A DNA stretch of 58,712 nucleotides from positions 1-58,712 of the IMG/VR virus record IMGVR_UViG_3300049489_000482; one strand, given 5' to 3'. Below the pieces are notes generated by a model. It made no database searches and had not been told where the DNA came from. It saw only the letters and a program-made list of their open reading frames with translations. This DNA comes from a virus (taxonomy: Duplodnaviria; Caudoviricetes). Shown here in pieces: positions 38,415-44,965 of the stretch. The position numbers and the translations under genes were made by a program. Each line of letters opens with the position of its first letter. The first letter of the stretch is position 1.

Positions 38415-39166
38415 GTTGATGTCGGGTCCGTCCACGGTGTTCCGTCAAAGTTCTCGACGCCGGCCACGAACGGAACGGGCGCTTTCGGCTGTGCCTTCGG
38501 CGGTGTGTGCCCGCCCTTCGGTTCAAAGATGCCCTGGTATCCGGACGCCGTGGAGTGACGCAGTGCGGCCAGTGCTCTGGCGGTGCCAATTCCGCAGAGA
38601 AAACCGAGTTGCTTGCCGGCTGCCGTCGGCGTGATCGGCTGGCGCTTTTCCCGTCGGTGCTGCTGCCAGTCCTTCCACGCATCCTGCATCTCGGGAGTGT
38701 CCAGTTCAACGGGGAGCGGATAGTCCGGCGCCAACGGCGCCTTCTTCTTTCCGATCAGTTCTTCTGTTCCATTGTTCTTCTTTGTCGCGGGTTCCCCGTC
38801 GTCCGGGTTTCCCACGGACGGGTTTCCCACAGCACGGGAACCCGTATTGTGGCTCTCCGGCTCCTGCGGTGTGTCGTAGAATTCCCAAACGCACCGGGCG
38901 AACCTGTTCTCCGCGTCACGCTCCTTGTGCAGCGTCACGTACCGCTTCGCCATCAGTTCCTTGAGGGCGGAGTTCATGGCATCCCGGCCCTCTGTGCCCT
39001 GCTCTTCGAGCCACGTCTTGGTCACCTCCCACGATCCGGTGTTGCTCAGAACCATCGCGAGCAAGCCCCGCGCCTTGAAGCTCAGTGTCTTGTCGCGAAG
39101 CATGGCATTCGGAAGCACGGTGAAGTCCTTCGTGCAGTTGGATTTAAAGATGCGTTGAGGTTTCAT
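38411..39166 (-). CDS. Replication initiator (HTH, lambda O-like arrangement)
   Basis: 'FTVLPNAMLRDKTLSFKARGLL'; internal repeats; adjacent to a DnaC-like gene. Confidence 0.75.
   Translation of the reverse strand: MKPQRIFKSNCTKDFTVLPNAMLRDKTLSFKARGLLAMVLSNTGSWEVTKTWLEEQGTEGRDAMNSALKELMAKRYVTLHKERDAENRFARCVWEFYDTPQEPESHNTGSRAVGNPSVGNPDDGEPATKKNNGTEELIGKKKAPLAPDYPLPVELDTPEMQDAWKDWQQHRREKRQPITPTAAGKQLGFLCGIGTARALAALRHSTASGYQGIFEPKGGHTPPKAQPKAPVPFVAGVENFDGTPWTDPTST
38740..38850. other. Candidate replication origin (iterons plus adjacent pyrimidine/T-rich tract)
   Basis: CGGG(T/A)-type repeats at 38788, 38804, 38819 and 38835 inside the initiator gene. Confidence 0.55.
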
Positions 39167-39303
39167 GCGGGGAGGAAAAAACGACCGGACGGCGAGTTGA
39201 AAAACAGCGGTGAAGTTCCGCCCGCGCGTTTCCGCGCCACGCCGATCCGGTCGTCAGAGTTTGTTTCCTTCATACGTTCGGGTTTTTCAAGCCCGCAGTG
39301 GTG

Positions 39304-40416
39304 TCACCTTGCTCCGAGCAGTTCCTGTGAGTCAACGATTTCGTAATCGAGCGCCCGGTATACCTCCACGCGGCGCCTGCTGTGCTTCGCCATCAGCGGG
39401 TGCTGGTGATCGGTGAAGTCGTAGATTGTCCCGTGCTCTTTGCCGGCAAACGCGCGCAGCACGCGGCCCGTCCTCTGCTCCGTCTTGGTGCTGCTTCGCC
39501 CACCGCTGACGAGCACCAGCACGTTCGCCCTGGGAAGGTCCAGCCCCTCGTCGGCGAGTGACGTTGCCACGATGCACCACACGGTGCCCGCCTGGAACGC
39601 CTGGAGCGCCTCACGCCGCGCCTTCGCGCCCATCTTGCTGTGGCACAGCCTAGCGCCCGGCAGGCGCGCACACAGGGCATCCCCGTGCTCGATCTGGTTC
39701 ACGAGAACCAGCACGGCGTCGCCCCGATGCGCGAGCGCAGCGGCCACGGCCGCCTCGTTCCTGGCGCGGTTCTGGACGATGCCCATTTCGATGCACGCCT
39801 GCCACGCCACCTGTCCCCACAGTTGGCCGGGGTCGCCCCTCCAGAACCGTTGCCGCCAGCGCATGTCGGTGGCGATCTTGGCGTCAATCGGCTGTTGCAG
39901 GTCCGGGTCTGTCGCGTCGAGCATGACGACGCGGGCGTGCGCGAGACGCCTGGCCACCGCCTGCCGGTCGATGGTGAATCTGTCGGTGCCAAAGATGACA
40001 GCCATCGCCTCGTTCCGCTCCGGGTCTTCGCTGTACGGCGTCGCGGTGAATCCCCAGCGTGCGCCCGTGCAGGACTCGATCTGCGTGCGCCACGCGGGCG
40101 CTGGCGCGTGATGGCACTCATCCACGATCAGCAGCGCGCAGTCGCTCCAGTCGGTTGCGGCCGCCGCGCAGGCAACGCGCCGCTCGATGCGGCACGGGAA
40201 GTTGTCGAGTGCCTTATGCGCCTGCTGGCACTGCTCCTGTGTGTTCGCCATCCAACCGACGCGCACGGGATGCTCGCGACCTCGGGCGGTGACCACGGAC
40301 TGGATTGCCGCCGCTGCGATGACCGTCTTGCCGCTTCCGGCCGGCGCGATGCAGATGGCCCGACGCCGGGTGCGTATCCACTCGACTGCGCTCTTCTGGT
40401 AGAGTTCGAGGGTCAT
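39304..40416 (-). CDS. SF2 (DExH) helicase
   Basis: APAGSGKT, DECHH, TAT, EGLDLP, QRTGR. Confidence 0.9.
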   Translation of the reverse strand: MTLELYQKSAVEWIRTRRRAICIAPAGSGKTVIAAAAIQSVVTARGREHPVRVGWMANTQEQCQQAHKALDNFPCRIERRVACAAAATDWSDCALLIVDECHHAPAPAWRTQIESCTGARWGFTATPYSEDPERNEAMAVIFGTDRFTIDRQAVARRLAHARVVMLDATDPDLQQPIDAKIATDMRWRQRFWRGDPGQLWGQVAWQACIEMGIVQNRARNEAAVAAALAHRGDAVLVLVNQIEHGDALCARLPGARLCHSKMGAKARREALQAFQAGTVWCIVATSLADEGLDLPRANVLVLVSGGRSSTKTEQRTGRVLRAFAGKEHGTIYDFTDHQHPLMAKHSRRRVEVYRALDYEIVDSQELLGAR

Positions 40417-41363
40417 GCGTCGAGCGGGGATTTAACACTCAACGCATCGGCATGGCAGTAGCGCTCAGTGGTTGTGATCTGAGCGTGGCCCATCGCTTTG
40501 GCAAGTGCCTTGATGTTTGTCCCGCGATTCAGGCAGTGCGTGGCGTAACTGTGCCGCAGTTCGTGCGGAACAGCCATGATGCCAGTCTCTCGGCGAGCGC
40601 GTTTTACGGCGCGCTGAATCGTCGCAGTCAGGAGATGCCATCGAACCATCCGCCTCGGATCATGTGGGTCTGGTGACGGGTATTTCAGTGGAGTGAACCA
40701 TGCCCACTGCCATAAGCATTCAAACTCGGGATACTTGCGTGCCAGTTGATGCGGCAACTGGATTGGGATTTGGTCGCGCACGTCCCGCAACCACGTTTGC
40801 CGCGCCGCTTCCATCTGCTGCTCAATCCGACCAACCAGAGCGCACGGCATTTTGACGACACGGTCATGTCCACACTTCGGCTCGCGAATGGTGATCTGCT
40901 GCTGTCCGATGTCGATGTCCTTAATCCGAAGCGCAACTGCTTCACCCACGCGAAGCCCGCAGCCGTAAAGTAGATGCGTCACTAGGTTTGCAGGGTATCC
41001 TCCAGTGTCGCTCACCGCTGCCAGAAGCGTCCTTACTTCTTCCACCGGAAGCGCACGGCGCATGTGCTCTGGGCGTTGCGCCCGTAACGCGTCAATGTCC
41101 TTAAGTTTCACGCCGAGGCAGTCTCTGTAAAAGAACAAGATAGCATTGAACGCCTGGTTTTGTGTCGCTGCGGAAACGTCGCGAGCAGCAAGTTCTGTCA
41201 GGAACCGCTCCATCTTCTGCTCGCTGGTGAGCACGGACGGCATCTGGAATATGGCAGTGATGTAGCGCTTGATCCATTGTTTGTAATTGTCCTCTGTCGC
41301 CAGTGATTTGTGCTGTCTCCGCATCACATCCACCGCTCTCTGGATTGCCTGCTCCTTATTCAT
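40413..41363 (-). CDS. intI: Integron integrase (tyrosine recombinase)
   Basis: SAATQNQAFNAILFFY, GLR, HELRHSYATH, GH..TT..Y, plus the IntI-specific insert LPHQLARKYP..WQWAWF..PDP..RWH. Confidence 0.9.
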   Translation of the reverse strand: MNKEQAIQRAVDVMRRQHKSLATEDNYKQWIKRYITAIFQMPSVLTSEQKMERFLTELAARDVSAATQNQAFNAILFFYRDCLGVKLKDIDALRAQRPEHMRRALPVEEVRTLLAAVSDTGGYPANLVTHLLYGCGLRVGEAVALRIKDIDIGQQQITIREPKCGHDRVVKMPCALVGRIEQQMEAARQTWLRDVRDQIPIQLPHQLARKYPEFECLWQWAWFTPLKYPSPDPHDPRRMVRWHLLTATIQRAVKRARRETGIMAVPHELRHSYATHCLNRGTNIKALAKAMGHAQITTTERYCHADALSVKSPLDA

Positions 41364-41402
41364 AAGCGAACACTTCCTTTGGCTTAAACACCGTTCCACA
41401 TC
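41364..41402 (+). mobile_element. attI-like site (crossover G|TTCCAC at 41393)
   Basis: Abuts the intI start; GTTCCACATC is the complement of the first cassette end GATGTGGAAC (41853). Confidence 0.65.
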
Positions 41403-41403
41403 T

Positions 41404-41850
41404 TCAATAGTCGCCCTCGTCGTTGTAGTCGTCCCAGTCCAGTTTGGCGTCTTTCCACTGCGCCGCCCCGCCGAGGTCATCGAGCAGCTTGCGCGCTTTT
41501 CGGGCGCGGTCTATCGCGGCTTGGCTCTTGATTGCTTCTTCCTCCAGTGACTTCTGGTAGCGGTCTATGACTTCCGCTGCCGAGCCTTTGCAGTGGCCGT
41601 ATCGCCGTTCCCAATCCACCACGGGCATCGTTTTCATTTCCTCGACTTCGTTGGCGAGGCGTTGGAGTTCGCCAGCGCTTTTGATGCAGGCGTTTTTTAG
41701 CGGCGCGAGTCCGGCGAGGATTTTCTCCATGCCGAGGATTGCGGTTGCGGCGCTTTCGCCGTCCTTCACTTCGACCGTCAGGTCGTAGCGGACGTGCTCG
41801 TAGTTGCCGAGGTTGTAGAGTCTGCCGATTGTGATTTTGGTTACGTTCAT
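41404..41850 (-). CDS. Cassette 1 hypothetical protein
   Basis: 148 aa; fills cassette 1. Confidence 0.75.
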   Translation of the reverse strand: MNVTKITIGRLYNLGNYEHVRYDLTVEVKDGESAATAILGMEKILAGLAPLKNACIKSAGELQRLANEVEEMKTMPVVDWERRYGHCKGSAAEVIDRYQKSLEEEAIKSQAAIDRARKARKLLDDLGGAAQWKDAKLDWDDYNDEGDY

Positions 41851-41855
41851 TCGAT

Positions 41856-41944
41856 GTGGAACAATTCAGTGCAGGCAACGGCGGGTTGCGCTGCGGGTTT
41901 ATTTCGAGTCGTCAGGTCCGCCGTGCCTGACTTCACCGTTGGAG
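41856..41944 (+). mobile_element. attC1
   Basis: GTGGAAC..GTGCAGGCA/TGCCTGAC..GTTGGAG. Confidence 0.85.
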
Positions 41945-42246
41945 GACTCCATGCCGGCGTTCGCGGTGTGCTGTTTCAGAGCCACCGGCACGGAGTCCAG
42001 ATTCAGTTTCTTTTGTGAGGCCGCACCGACCGCCCAGTCGCGGACTTGCAGCCAGATTTCTTGCTTCGATTTTTCCGTTTCGATTTTGGCTTCGATCCAT
42101 GCCCAGTCGCGCAGCTCGGCGAGCATCCACGCGAGTTCTTCCAGTCTCTTTGGGTTCGCCCGTCCTCCAACCATTCCCTGATGCGAATCGCCACCGCGCC
42201 GCGCGCGTGGCAATTCGGGAGTCGGTTGAGCGGTGGCGATTCGCAT
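41899..42246 (-). CDS. Cassette 2 hypothetical protein
   Basis: Starts in attC2, ends in attC1. Confidence 0.55.
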   Translation of the reverse strand: MRIATAQPTPELPRARRGGDSHQGMVGGRANPKRLEELAWMLAELRDWAWIEAKIETEKSKQEIWLQVRDWAVGAASQKKLNLDSVPVALKQHTANAGMESSNGEVRHGGPDDSK

Positions 42247-42262
42247 AGGTCAGTCGTTGTCC
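42165..42262 (+). mobile_element. attC2
   Basis: CTCCAAC..ATGCGAATCGCCACCGC/GCGGTGGCGATTCGCAT..GTTGTCC. Confidence 0.85.
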
Positions 42263-42543
42263 GTCTTTGCCGCCCACCGATCCACCGCGCGATGGTTGCT
42301 CCAGCATGGATGCAGTTCGACCGCGCGACGCATCGCGTCGGGGCTGTTTGCCCATCCCATCTGCATCGGCTTTCCCTCTTCGTCGTCGCACCATATTTCG
42401 TAGCGTTGTCCACGGTCGCCAACCGCCGGCAAAGACGGACAACCAGCCGGTGCAGCGAATGAGCCGCGAGGCTTTTTCCTGCATTTAGACCCGTCATTCC
42501 AACACTCCGCGAACTCCGGGGCGCAATCGTCACAGTGGCTCAT
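42250..42543 (-). CDS. Cassette 3 hypothetical protein
   Basis: Starts in attC3. Confidence 0.55.
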   Translation of the reverse strand: MSHCDDCAPEFAECWNDGSKCRKKPRGSFAAPAGCPSLPAVGDRGQRYEIWCDDEEGKPMQMGWANSPDAMRRAVELHPCWSNHRAVDRWAAKTDND

Positions 42544-42564
42544 CGCTGACCTCCATCGTTAGGC
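42437..42564 (+). mobile_element. attC3
   Basis: GGACAAC..GTGCAGCGAATGAGCC/GGCTCATCGCTGAC..GTTAGGC. Confidence 0.85.
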
Positions 42565-42822
42565 CGCATCGTATTCGGCCAAGATTGTTTCTGTGATCCT
42601 GACTGGCACATACTCGACTCCTGGGTCGGGCTTTGGCTTCCGAGAGATGGCCTCCATGACCTCGGCCCGGTCAAAGTATTGCCCCACGTCGCAGACCCAC
42701 TTTCTGTCCGCGAATTTCCGCAGCATCCAGTATTGGTCGGTTTTGGTTTCCGGCGGCCTAACCACGGCGCTGCTGCCAACAGCCGCCCCGCTTGGCACGC
42801 TCGGAGTCACAGGTTCTTTCAT
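42559..42822 (-). CDS. Cassette 4 hypothetical protein
   Basis: RBS and ATG lie in the attC4 loop; stop lies in the R' box of attC3. Confidence 0.65.
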   Translation of the reverse strand: MKEPVTPSVPSGAAVGSSAVVRPPETKTDQYWMLRKFADRKWVCDVGQYFDRAEVMEAISRKPKPDPGVEYVPVRITETILAEYDAA

Positions 42823-42882
42823 GGTTTCCTTTCCGCTCTACCCATGCCGTCGGGCGGCTGTGGCAGAGCTTGGTCGTTAGGA
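42756..42882 (+). mobile_element. attC4
   Basis: GCCTAAC..CTGCCAACAGCCGCCC/GGGCGGCTGTGGCAG..GTTAGGA. Confidence 0.85.
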
Positions 42883-43092
42883 GACATTTTCTTCGGCCAC
42901 GTAAATGTTGTGTGCATTGTCTTTCCGGGTCACACACACTTGGTCATGCCATCCTTTGTGCGGATAGTTGGCGCACACTATCCCTTCGCCTCTGTATTCG
43001 GCGGTGTCCACCATTACTCGGTCGCCGATCTTGCGTCCCGGCCTGATTGCTTTTGCGAGCGCGTATAGCGCGTTTGATATTAGTGTTCTCAT
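42877..43092 (-). CDS. Cassette 5 small protein (SH3/KOW-like)
   Basis: 'KIGDRVMV...GEGIV'. Confidence 0.6.
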   Translation of the reverse strand: MRTLISNALYALAKAIRPGRKIGDRVMVDTAEYRGEGIVCANYPHKGWHDQVCVTRKDNAHNIYVAEENVS

Positions 43093-43101
43093 TCGTTTGT
43101 T

Positions 43102-43125
43102 GTCGCTGAGCTTGGGTCGTTAGGC
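43102..43125 (+). mobile_element. attC5, right arm only
   Basis: GTCGCTGAGCTTGGGTCGTTAGGC with no left arm. Confidence 0.7.
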
Positions 43126-43338
43126 CACATACGTCGCCCATCGTTTATGCTGACCGCATCCTTCACCGAGCAGCCGCTCCACCGATTCGCGGCAGTCGGC
43201 GGCGTTGTGGATGAGCAGCGGGCCGTTGTCGTAGATTTCGCCGGTGCTGGGATGTTGCCACTCAGCGCGTGGTTCGCACCAGCACTGCGCGGAGTGCTCA
43301 TGTTCTCTTTCATCGTTTAGAGGTATGACGTTGACCAT
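43120..43338 (-). CDS. Cassette 6 His/Cys-rich small protein
   Basis: 'VIPLND..EH...CWCEP...IHNAADCRE'. Confidence 0.65.
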   Translation of the reverse strand: MVNVIPLNDEREHEHSAQCWCEPRAEWQHPSTGEIYDNGPLLIHNAADCRESVERLLGEGCGQHKRWATYVA

Positions 43339-43341
43339 GTG

Positions 43342-43434
43342 GCCTAACCATGCGCTCCAGCGAACCCGGCGGGGGCGTTGCGGTTGCAATCGTTGCCTCC
43401 CGTGCGCCGGGTCGCTGAGCTTGGGTCGTTCGCC
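43342..43434 (+). mobile_element. attC6
   Basis: GCCTAAC..CTCCAGCGAACCCGGCG/CGCCGGGTCGCTGAG..GTTCGCC. Confidence 0.9.
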
Positions 43435-43778
43435 AGATGCAGCAGCGGGAGCGTCTGCCCAGCCAGACCATCGGTCGAGTCGCCGAGGTGTTGGCACATC
43501 CCGTCCGTCAGCCAGATGTGGCTCACATTCCCGTCGGCGTGTGTTGTCTTCACGCTCGGCTTGAGCGTCGGCTTGAGCGTCGAGCCGTTCCACGTCCACG
43601 CATTTGCTGCGTCGCGGCTTCCGTGGGTGATGACTGGCAGCAGAATTGGGAACTCGTAGCCGTGCGGCTGGAAGCGCAGATAGTCGCGACCGTTGCGATG
43701 CTCCAAACACGAAACTGGCGAACAAGGCGCTGCACCCGCAACTGCCGCTTCGCCTGTCCGTTCAGAGTCAGATTTCAT
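43344..43778 (-). CDS. Cassette 7 DUF6527-like protein
   Basis: 'WTWNGSTLKPTLKPSV..HIWLTDG..LGDST..LAGQT'; tail reads through attC6. Confidence 0.7.
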   Translation of the reverse strand: MKSDSERTGEAAVAGAAPCSPVSCLEHRNGRDYLRFQPHGYEFPILLPVITHGSRDAANAWTWNGSTLKPTLKPSVKTTHADGNVSHIWLTDGMCQHLGDSTDGLAGQTLPLLHLANDPSSATRRTGGNDCNRNAPAGFAGAHG

Positions 43779-43844
43779 TTCGATTCGTTTCTTTGCGCTC
43801 GACCCGTCCCGCCAGCGGCAGTGGGGTGAGCTTGGCTGTTCGCC
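43717..43844 (+). mobile_element. attC7
   Basis: GGCGAAC..CTGCACCC..ACTGCCGCT/AGCGGCAGT.GGGTGAG..GTTCGCC. Confidence 0.8.
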
Positions 43845-44404
43845 AAACGAATGACGCGCCCCGGTAGTCCCGAGCGTTCGAGGGCCAGCGTGTTCGTTTC
43901 GTCGTAGGAGATGAGCGCGGACGGTCCGCCAGCGTTTGCCCCTGCCCGCGTCCCGTCCACATGGTAGAAGTAGAGCCGCCCCCACAAGAACAGGATCGCG
44001 TGCGCCTTCTTCCAGACGTGCTCCACCCAATCCGCTGTTTCCGTCCGTGCAAAGATCAGCGCGGTTGCGTTGCCGTGCTCCGCGCACCGTGCCAGCCAGC
44101 GCCCCGTCTCGCGGCCATACGGAGGATTGCACCAGACGCGACCACTCCACGGCAGCCGCAGCCCATTGTCGCGCACCGTGTAGTGCTTCGATGCAGTCGG
44201 CCACGGCCGATTGATCGGGCTGCACGGGTCGAGGTCGAAAGCCCCGAGAGCGGTCAGGATCTCGGGCGGCGTCAGCCACTCGTCTTTGCCCATCCGGTGC
44301 GAGTGATGCCCCCCGATGCCGCGACCAGAATTGGCGAACCAGGCGGTGGACTCAACAGCCATGAGCGGCGGAGTTTCGAGGGTAGCGGAGTCGTTTGCGC
44401 TCAT
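43775..44404 (-). CDS. Cassette 8 phage Dam-like N6-adenine methyltransferase
   Basis: DEWLTP, FDLDPC, WCNPPYG. Confidence 0.85.
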   Translation of the reverse strand: MSANDSATLETPPLMAVESTAWFANSGRGIGGHHSHRMGKDEWLTPPEILTALGAFDLDPCSPINRPWPTASKHYTVRDNGLRLPWSGRVWCNPPYGRETGRWLARCAEHGNATALIFARTETADWVEHVWKKAHAILFLWGRLYFYHVDGTRAGANAGGPSALISYDETNTLALERSGLPGRVIRLANSQAHPTAAGGTGRAQRNESK

Positions 44405-44410
44405 GGTGGT
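44333..44410 (+). mobile_element. attC8 with degenerate right arm
   Basis: TTGGCGAAC complements the cassette start at 43838; inner stem CCATGAGCG/CGCTCATGG. Confidence 0.55.
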
Positions 44411-44418
44411 GCCATCGC

Positions 44419-44583
44419 TTATGCGTTCGAGCGCCGGGCGACGCGCTTGGGTTTGCGTTTCGTTTTTGCCCACCGAGCGGCCACTGCCGCCCGTGCCTGT
44501 TCGGAACTTCGCGCCTTGGCCGCGCCCGTCCCGGCTTTGCCGCCGAGTCTGCCGAGCGCGACCGCCGCTGGATTTTTAGTCAT
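44419..44583 (-). CDS. Small basic 'AVALGRLGG..ARW' protein
   Basis: MTKNPAAVALGRLGGKA...AARW. Confidence 0.7.
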   Translation of the reverse strand: MTKNPAAVALGRLGGKAGTGAAKARSSEQARAAVAARWAKTKRKPKRVARRSNA

Positions 44584-44866
44584 TGCTCGTGTCCTCCACC
44601 TCTCGAACGTAGTCCTTGCGGTCTTGGGCCGTGCCTTTGGCTTGGCCGGGGTCGTTGTCGCCGGGCAGAATGAGCCGGTATTTAGACTCATCGCGCCAAA
44701 GTTGGTAGCGGGCCTTGTCTGCCTCATCGTAGTCCGTCCATGCCCCGCGAAATTGCCAAGAGACCGTCTTTAGCTCCTCGTCGTATTGCCGCACAAACAG
44801 CCGGTAGTGAGTCGCGGTGTCGTAGGTCTGTTGCTCGCCTTTGTGAGTTGTCGCTGTGTTGGTCAT
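44576..44866 (-). CDS. Hypothetical protein
   Basis: First ORF after the promoter. Confidence 0.55.
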   Translation of the reverse strand: MTNTATTHKGEQQTYDTATHYRLFVRQYDEELKTVSWQFRGAWTDYDEADKARYQLWRDESKYRLILPGDNDPGQAKGTAQDRKDYVREVEDTSND

Positions 44867-44907
44867 TTGCTTTTGGTGTCTCGGCTTACTGGGCCTCAAC
44901 TGCAAAC

Positions 44908-44936
44908 ACTCTACGCAAGCGGTTGCGTATATGCAA
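44908..44936 (-). promoter_or_regulatory. Sigma70-like promoter TTGCAT-N17-TAGAGT with an overlapping palindrome
   Basis: Intergenic; TACGCAA-N4-TTGCGTA at 44912-44929. Confidence 0.65.
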
Positions 44937-44965
44937 GAGTTATTTTCACATTGCTTCCGATCTGC

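Noticed and set aside
40413-41363. Ordinary prophage integrase or XerC/D
   Set aside because: Contains the IntI-specific insert and abuts an attC array.
41856-44410. Array as CRISPR, REP elements or terminators
   Set aside because: Units are non-identical long hairpins with AAC/GTT ends separated by whole genes; no cas genes and no U tracts.
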